Positions 55,701 through 64,000 of a DNA stretch of 64,000 nt are shown one piece after another (the first letter of the stretch is position 1; each line of letters begins with the position of its first letter). The DNA lies in assembly GCA_016748015.1 (NCBI GenBank), contig JAAOMT010000523.1, forward strand, positions 618,156 to 682,155. The letters run 5' to 3'. The stretch is from Geosiphon pyriformis uo1 (lineage: Eukaryota; Fungi; Glomeromycota). The translations under genes and the position numbers were made by a program. The notes below the pieces were generated by a model. The model was not told where the DNA came from. It searched no databases and was given only the letters and a program-made list of their open reading frames with translations.

Positions 55701-58700
55701 TATTCCTCATCATTACCACAGCATGTACCCATTGACAACAATTTCTTACCACAATCTATGCATACTAATTTCAGTTAGCAATAGTTAGATAGCAGTGGTA
55801 AAAAGTAAGTGTATGGGCTATAAGTGGTGGTTGGTATTAAACCTTTTTCCTTCTCTTTCCCTTTTTCTTTATTGTTATTTTCTTTCCACTTTTAAGTTGT
55901 TATTTTGTCCTGATTATTGTCAGTTATTCAGACTTGGTTGGCATTCCAAATAGGTTCTTCTTTTTATGTTCTTTTTCTTTTGTCATCCCAAGAGAATATT
56001 GGCAGTAGCTTGTTGTGATCTTTGTTAGCCCAAGATACTTAATAGACTTCTCAGGTAGGTTTCTTTTTTTTTCCTCAAAGTCAATTAGTGGTGCTAGCAG
56101 GTTGTTGGTTTTGAAATGACCACATGTGGCTAGTACTCATGTGTGTTGGCTATTTTGGCTAAGTTGAAGCTCTTGCATTGTCCAGTCAAGTATTGCATTG
56201 GTTTTAGATAACCAGTTATTTTTTACTAATGCCTGATATTGAGTTGCTTCTATTACTAGAACTTTGATAAAAATGATAATGCCATTGACTTCAAAAGGAA
56301 AGTTATCAATTTCACCAATAGAAAATTTGGTTGTTCAATCAGTGGTAATTATGCAAGCACTAACAGTGTGATTAACTCGGCAACCTAATTGGTCCATGAG
56401 TTGTCATGTAATGATGCTGCCAGCTGATTCACTGTCTAGTATCAGTTTGATGGCATGACTATCAATCTGCACATTGGTGTACATGGTGGTAATTGGTTTG
56501 GTGTTAAGAATGGTTTTACTAAATAATGAAACTGGTGTGGTTTCTTTGAGTTCAAATGGAAAAATTGTGGCTAGCAATTCATTATTGGTTATAATAGCTG
56601 GAGGTATATTGCTGGTAAGTAATTTGTTTTGGTTGAGTTTCTGGTTGTTGGGTAAGACATTTTCTGGAATAATTAGAAGACTTAAATAGAGTTGGGCATT
56701 TGGGTTTTGGGAGTATTCAGTGCCCAAATTCCATTGTTGAGATCCTGCTGGCTGGGTTGAGAAACTGGGAATTGGTTGATGAACTATTATCAACAATCTT
56801 CAGCTTTGTTGTGTCATTTTCAGCTTTTGGGTTCTATTTTGAGATAGGTTTTGGGGTGGTGTTTAGATTTGTTGAGATTGATAGATTACTTGGAACTGTA
56901 ACTGATAGATAGGCTGAGACTGCGGTTGATAAATCACTGGTGTTGTCAGCTGATAAACTGGTGGTTAATAGATTGGCTGCTGCATTATAAGTAGATAATC
57001 CAGTTGATATAGTGCTGAGTTGGATTGGTAACTTGAAGTTTGAAACTGGTGATTGGGGTTTTGATATTAATTTCCCAATTATTTGTTATCTATTCTTAAC
57101 CTGTAGTCAATTCTCAAATGTTCTTGTTTACTACAGTAGTAACAAACATGCATCTTCTGCTGCCATTGTTAATTGGTCAAGGATGATAGACATAACTGAT
57201 TCTGGAAATGATTTGCATTCCTTTGGTTATTGCATTATTGTGAAAATTGATAAATTGCCTGATTGTTAACTAAGTATTCCTCTAATTTTTGGTTGATAGA
57301 ATCACTGAATTGTTTCAACTTAGAATCCAATTCAGATAATCTGTTTATTACTAGATTTATGGCTTAAGTGTGGTTAGCTTTGAGTTCAGCTGCTTCAAAA
57401 TCTCTGGCATTCATAATTGCGGCTTGAAGATCTACTGGATGTATTGGGAGTACATACTGAAGAATACTACTGCGTAAATTTCTAATGAATTGATTTAAAA
57501 TCTGTGATGCTGTAAAATAATCAGTCTGAATTGCCTGAATTTGGCACAAATTTTTATGAAAGTATTTTAAGTAAGTGGTAACTGCTTCATTTTCTCCTTG
57601 CTTAATAGTGATAAAGATGTTTGTTAAACAATTAATACTATTATTATTACTGAAATATCTCAAGAATGCAACTTTAAATTCCTGAAATGTTTGAAGTTTG
57701 GCAACTAAACTTTGATACCATAAATTGGCAGTATTTTGTAAGAAATAGGGGATGGCTTGGAGTGCTCTTGTGTTATTTTATCCATTGGCTGTAATGGTCT
57801 TTTCAATGTTGTTAAGCCATATTTGGACATCATTTTCTTTGCCAGTGAATTTGTCAAGTTTTGCTATTGGAGCATAAGTCATTGGATCTAGGTTTGGTTG
57901 TTGAAGTTGTTGTTGCGACTGTTGAAGCAGCTATTGTGGTTGTTGAAGTGGTTGAAGTGGTTGTTGTTGAATTGGTTCAATAATCAGTTCAATTGGTGGT
58001 TGATCAATGACAATTACTGGAAGTAAGTTTTGCTGATTAATTGTTTTGGAATTTGTAATGTTCGGATTTTGAGGAGTTTGAAAGTTCAGAGTTTCAATTT
58101 CCAGATTTTCTGTAATCAAATTTTGATAATTAAATTTTTAATCTTCTTTTTTCTCTTCATCTGATGCTATTATCTCCCAGGGACTTGCAGTTTTGAAATC
58201 TGGTTGAGATGGTAGTGATTAGAATTCTGATGGCATTGGCAATCGCAATTTAAATCCTTCAAAATATTTGCCATATGGTCTTAACAATTCTGCTCTTTTT
58301 TGTTTACTTTGGAATAAAAAATGTCTAAAGGTTGATGTTGCATTTGATGTAGATGTGTCTGCTGATGAGATATTAATGGCACTTCCAGGGATATAGTAGT
58401 AAGATGGGTTGTTTGATAACTCAACTCTGGTTTTCTTCCAAGTGAGTGGTTGTATCCTTTGGAGTGTTACTGCTGGTGTTTGCAGTTTTTTTTTTCTTTA
58501 TTGGCATATGTAATTGGGTATTTTTGTTGGATGTGATATTCAATTTCTTTGTTGATTTCCATAATGATGGATGCAAAATTGTGGTTTGTTAGTAGACTAG
58601 TGTTTTAAATTAATTTGTTGTAAAAGATTTTTTTTGCTGACTCAGTGTTTATTGGTGTTCCTAACAGATAGGCAATTTTCTTGTTAACATAAAAATTAAA

Positions 58701-59696
58701 GACTGATTCCACTAATATGTAATTGCTGTTTAATTCCAAATGTTGACAGTAGTGTTAAAATAAAGATTTTGTGAATCTTAAATGGTTTGCTCCTATTGAT
58801 TCTGATTCTGCCACTTTTGGATGGGTGTAGTTGGTGCTAGTTCTCTGTAGAATTATACCTTACAGGGAGCACTAAATGTTACAAGTAATTATTTGGAGTC
58901 TTAAATCAAATAGCAAACCTGTAACTTGGTGCTTGGCTGATCTTCTGGTGTTGATATCTGAAGGTTTTGTTGTAAAGTTCTTTGTATAATGAACAGAGAT
59001 TTAATTGATGGTTTTATCTATAGTTTTCTAAAACCTCAGTTTTGTCAAATTTCTTTCTTAGCATGGTGGCCAGTAATCCTTCTGGTAAGCTATCCTCAAA
59101 TCTATGAGTGTTTTACCCTTGTTTCATAGATTTTTTACCAGTCTTTATGATGTCTGTATCTTAGCACTTAATCTTTAATAAATTTAGTAAAACCAAAAAA
59201 ATAACAAAAAGAAATAAAAGAAAATAAAAAAAGATAAAGAAATGAGTAAAAGCAATTGCAAATTAGTATCTCATCAATAGCCATAATCAAAAGCTATTGT
59301 TCCAATGTGGTTAAGTATCAATTACTATCAACATAAAGTGTTGATAGTGGAGAGTAGATTGAGATAGTGAATAATTATTTATTGATATTTGTGAATGGAA
59401 GGTTGCTTAGATCAGATCTAAACTGGGAGGTCTGTTTTTTCTACTTTTAATGCTACCACTATATATACATAAATGAGATTTCTCAATTCCTCAATTTTTT
59501 ACACCAGAAATCCTGCAATTTTTTTTGAAAGAAAGTCTGAAATTATGAAATTCTGTAATTCTTTGTACGAGAATTCTGAAATTTCTGGAATCTTGCAATT
59601 CCTCTTGAGAGGAATCCTGGAATTCCACATTTACTATGGCTATTTCTAATTGGCTAATTTATGTGCTAATATACTTCCTATATTTTATGAGTAATA
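49733..59696 (-). mobile_element. Ty3/Gypsy family A copy E, structurally complete (9964 bp; LTRs 49733-50542 and 58877-59696)
   Basis: Colinear LTR pair, perfect TSD ATGC/ATGC, PBS, PPT (50543-50557), gag 57364, protease LILDSESAGSIIT 56404, dUTPase 54629, integrase 52130 and 51635. All frames are broken by stops. Confidence 0.96.
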
Positions 59697-59703
59697 ATGC
59701 TCA

Positions 59704-60676
59704 TGTTACTGGAGGTTTTTGGTCTCTTCTTAGCTCTTGTATGTTTGTTGTAATGCTGTTAATTCACGACTATGGGAAGTGTTTAAACCTCTGATAACTG
59801 AATTTATCTTTAAATTATTTCCTATAATTTGAACTTGCTGGGCTTATAAATGGAATGGCCAATTCCTTGCCAGTTACTTTGTGTAGTTACATTGTAGTAA
59901 ACATTAACTCTTTCTCAGAAATTGCTCATCTGGAAGCTCACTAAAAATGTGTAGTTACTTTGCTGTGAAAGTCAACTCTTCTACAGAAATCTTATCTGTA
60001 GGCTACCCTAATGATTATAATAAGAAAATAAAAAAAATAAAATAAAAAAAATGTAAAAGAAATAGGATTTTATTAAGAAAAACATTTTCTATCCAGGTCT
60101 GGAGTTACTAACAGTTTACTTAAATTGGTAGCTAATCAATTTCAAAATGTTAGTTGGGTTTTGAGGATTTTCTATGTGTAATAATTAAAGAATTTGGTTT
60201 TTTCGAATTATTTGATATTTATTTCTTTTTGTGTATAGGAATAGTTCTAAGTGATAAATCTAAAGTAAGATACATTTTCTCGAAAAGAGAAGCTCTTCTT
60301 TTATACAACTTGTCATAACACTATTCTATAAACTTGAACTTTGCTCTTTTCTACAATTTTGCTGAACTAAAGATACATTTCGGCGAACTACAAGTTATTT
60401 CTGCGAACTATTAAATATTTCGGTGAACTATCAATTATTTTGGCAAATTTCTACAAATTTTGGTGAACTCTTGAATGTTACATAGTTCGGGGTATTGCAT
60501 GATTGATCATTACAATTAGGTTACATTTGTGTTATGTACAAATTGGGTTATTAATTAAATGATAATTTCAAGTATTTTGCTAAATGTAATAAATGATAAT
60601 TTGAAATGCTAATTAATGATAAAAATTATAAGAGTAATTTCATGCTAAGCAATATCTCTAATTTCGTCTGGTAACA
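59704..60676 (-). repeat. Solo LTR, family B
   Basis: TGTTAC...GTAACA termini and a perfect TSD CTCA/CTCA. Confidence 0.93.
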
Positions 60677-61214
60677 CTCATTAACCATACAGTAAATGAA
60701 ATTAACTACTATTAAAACAGTTCTTTTTCTATTCTTAAAAGTAGATATCACTTCTTTCACTCATTTCTTAAAAACAAAATTTTTGCACAAGACTATATAA
60801 ACACCAACATCTAAAATGCCCAAAAAAAAAGTTTGCAATACTTAGAATGATGATGGAGAGTATTCCTCTATTAGAAATTTCCACAAATGAACATAACCAA
60901 AGATAATATTAAAATGCATAAAAACATTTTTCAAGTAAGTAAAAGCATAATCAGACAACTCAATGTTATCACACATCAAGCACAAAATGCCCAGATAATT
61001 TTTGTTATATAGTTTCTTATAAACAGTGACTGGTAATCTTTTGTAGATAGTTATCATCATATATATACATAGAGCAGTTGACTTTTTACCAGTAAACCCA
61101 AACAATATATGAGAGTTTAGATACTAAACTAAGGCAGTACAACTCCAATTTACACACTAAATAAATGATCTATCCAAAACATCTATATTAAGACCTGCTT
61201 TTTACAAAGCCTAA

Positions 61215-64000
61215 TGTTACTAGTAGAATTTTAGCTATTAATTAGCATAAAGTTACCCTTATAATTTCTATTATTAATTAGTATATATCATTATCATTTT
61301 TATTATTACTTATTATTTAATCAAATTATTAAATATTATTATTTAATTAATAACCTAATTTGTACCATAAAAATTAAGATAATCAAATTACACAATACTT
61401 TAAACCATTTAATATTCAAAAATTCGCCAAAATTAGCAAAAATTGGCCGAAATAATTAATAGTTTGTGAAAATAACTTATAGTTTGCTAAAATGTATCTT
61501 TAGTTTGCTAAAATTAGAGCAAAGAGAAAAATACAAGTTCAAAAACTAGTACTACAACAAATTGTATAAAAAAAGAGCTTTTTTTTTCAAAAAAATGTAT
61601 CTTATTTTTAGATATTTTAATTAAAACAAATCATTTCTTATACATTCTTACAAAAAGCAAATAAAAATTAAAAATATTTGAAAACCAAATCCTTAATTAT
61701 TTTACTTGAAATTCACAAAAAACCCAATTAACATTTTGAAATTGATTAACTACCAATTCCAATAATTTGTTAGTAACTCCAGGTCTGAATAAAAAACGAT
61801 TCTCTTGACAACATTTTATTTTTTTTATATTTTTTTATATTTTTTTTACTTTTTTTATTATAATTATTAGAATAGTTTACAAACAAGATTCTTGTAGAAA
61901 AGTTAACTTTCACAACAAAGTAACTACACATTTTTTAGTAAGCTTCTAGACAAACAATTCCTAGAAAAGAGTTAACATTTACTACAATGTAACTACACAA
62001 AACAACTGGCACAGAATTGGTTATTCCACTTATAAGTCCAGCAGTTCAAATTATAAGAGATAATTTGAAGATAAATTCAGTTATTGGAAATTCAACTACT
62101 TCCAGAAAACGTGAATTCACAACAAACAGACATTAACAACATTAAAGAAAAGAGACCAAAAACCTTCAGTAATATTTGGTGCTTTCTCATAGAAACAACA
62201 CAACAACAACAAATTCAAAGTGGTAACTCCAGTAGACACAACAACTTTAGAATATTATTAGTTAATTTACACCTACTGCAAACAAAGATTCAACATCCAA
62301 GACAGAATTGAAATTTTTAAGAAATCACTATACCAATACATTGAAAACTGCATCAATAATTATCTCTTTGAAAACTACAACATTTTAGAAATCAGAAGCA
62401 ATCTCTATAATAATTTATTGCACTATTCACACTTGAGAACTGAAAACCTTAACAGTAAAACACTTAACACCTACTTTCAAGAATTCAACTTTAATATTAT
62501 TCAATATTGTAAAAAAAAATACCTAATACAGTCCAAATACTCTCTTGACTTTAAATTAGAACCAGAAAATAGCAACAACAAAAAGCAAAAAAAGATACTT
62601 TGAATTAGTCATACAATTTACAACACACCAAAAACAACTGCCAAACACTTACAAATACTTGAACAAAGAACCAATGTCAAATTACTACTTTCTATTACAT
62701 CATTTTCAATTTCACTTGCTCAATCACAAACTCCAAATTCACCACTTATTCAGTTCTGAAAACTAGAAGATTTTCAATCACCCAAAAGTTTTACTTAACA
62801 GCAAAAACCAATATTAACCAGCACTAATCTTCTTGATTACTTAGAAAAAAATCAAAATAATTATTTAAAAAACTTAGAAAGTAAAGAAACCAAATCAGAA
62901 CAAAAAAAAACTACAGAAAACAAAAAAAAAATAACAACTACATACATTGCAAAAATCACTGAATTTACAAGAAAAAATGTTGATACCAGTCTACAAGAAT
63001 GGCTTGACAAAGTTCAAAAAGTGCAAATGGATGGACTGCAGCAAAAATGCTAAAAGCAATCTCATATTTTCTCTAAAAAACAGCAGAAGAATAGTTTGAA
63101 AACTTGGATGCACCTTTTGAAAACTGGCAAGCATTTAAAAATGCTTTTTTACAACAATTTATTAACAACAACATATTTATTATACTCCAAAACTGATTCC
63201 AAAACATCAAACAAAAATCATTTGAATTTGTCATAATTTATTTTGGAAAATTCAACAAACTCTTTTGACAAATTTAACAATTGGAAACCAATGAATATTA
63301 TTCCAATGCCCAAATTTTGATTAGTTTATTGCAGGATTAAAAGATAAATTAATTAAGAAAATTTGCTTCCATGCTTCAAAAAACTTAGCTATAGTCATCT
63401 AACATGCAAAAAACTATGAAATAACTATAAAAGAAACAAATCATACAAAGTTTGTAAACTTTATAATTAAAAAAACCAGTTTAACAGCTGAAAAAAAAAT
63501 TGACCAATTCACAAAAAGGATTAAAAATTATTTCACAAATCAACAATAACAGCAACAACTACAAAGATATCAGCCACTTCAATAATGCAATCAAAACAAC
63601 TACCTTTTATTAACCAACAACCAATCACAAAACTGTCACTATTGTAAAATTCCAGGACATTGGAAACAAGATTGTAGAAAACTACAACAAAACCAACAGA
63701 ATAGGAGTAATTAACATTACTTTTCACTACAGCAATCTTATTATCAAACTTTACAACCATCTGCCTATTACTTTCTAAGATCCCAGCAACAAAACAATTA
63801 CTATCAGCCTGTTCTATAGTAGTAATATTAACAACTTATGCCAAAATTACAGTATTAGCAATTACCTTCAGCTTAACAATATCAAGTATCTGCAAAAAAA
63901 TTAGGACAACAAAACTAATTCATACCACAAAATCAGTTCCAAACCCAGAACAACCAAACAAATATTAACAATTAATTAGTTTCCCGAAATCTGATTCAAC
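61215..64000 (+). mobile_element. Ty3/Gypsy family B copy G (5' LTR 61215-62174, PBS, gag; runs off the window)
   Basis: TGTTAC start at 61215; TTTGGTGCT PBS at 62175; gag remnants YIAKITEFT..QEWLDKVQK..ENWQAFKNAFLQQF and a decayed zinc knuckle (CHYCKIPGHWKQDC ~63635). Confidence 0.9.

Larger units (their letters stand above)
49371..61214 (-). mobile_element. LINE fragment split into 49371-49732, 59697-59703 and 60677-61214 by LTR insertions
   Basis: T10 tail at 49371-49380, the shared 3' UTR, and ORF 60842..61105 (KRLPV...CLMCDNIELSDYAF). The host sequence is continuous once the insertions and TSDs are removed. Confidence 0.82.

Noticed and set aside
4885-64000. Reading the many in-frame TGA codons in retroelements as an alternative genetic code
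   Set aside because: TAG and TAA are also common, and different copies have stops at different TGG/CGA/CAA sites. This is mutation, not recoding.

Overview
Very AT-rich, almost CpG-free eukaryotic repeat region. The repeat proteins resemble Glomeromycotina (Geosiphon-like) elements from memory; this is not database-verified. About 90% of the window is a nested stack of decayed retroelements. Ty3/Gypsy family A (copies A, B, D, E, F plus four solo LTRs) has the order Gag-CCHC, protease, an unknown Cys-rich domain, dUTPase plus a second dUTPase-like repeat, RT, RNase H, integrase and an extra 3' ORF; only copy E (49733-59696) has matching LTRs and a matching TSD. Ty3/Gypsy family B has copies C and G and two solo LTRs. 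Four LINE fragments share one 3' UTR. All elements are pseudogenised, almost entirely by C>T/G>A transitions. The first ~1.7 kb differs: it keeps CpGs up to ~850 and holds two closely spaced, intronless reading frames whose Trp positions are TGA. That points to Mollicutes (code 4) endobacterial DNA, either integrated in the host genome or chimerically assembled with it. No intact host gene, RNA gene or CRISPR array was found.
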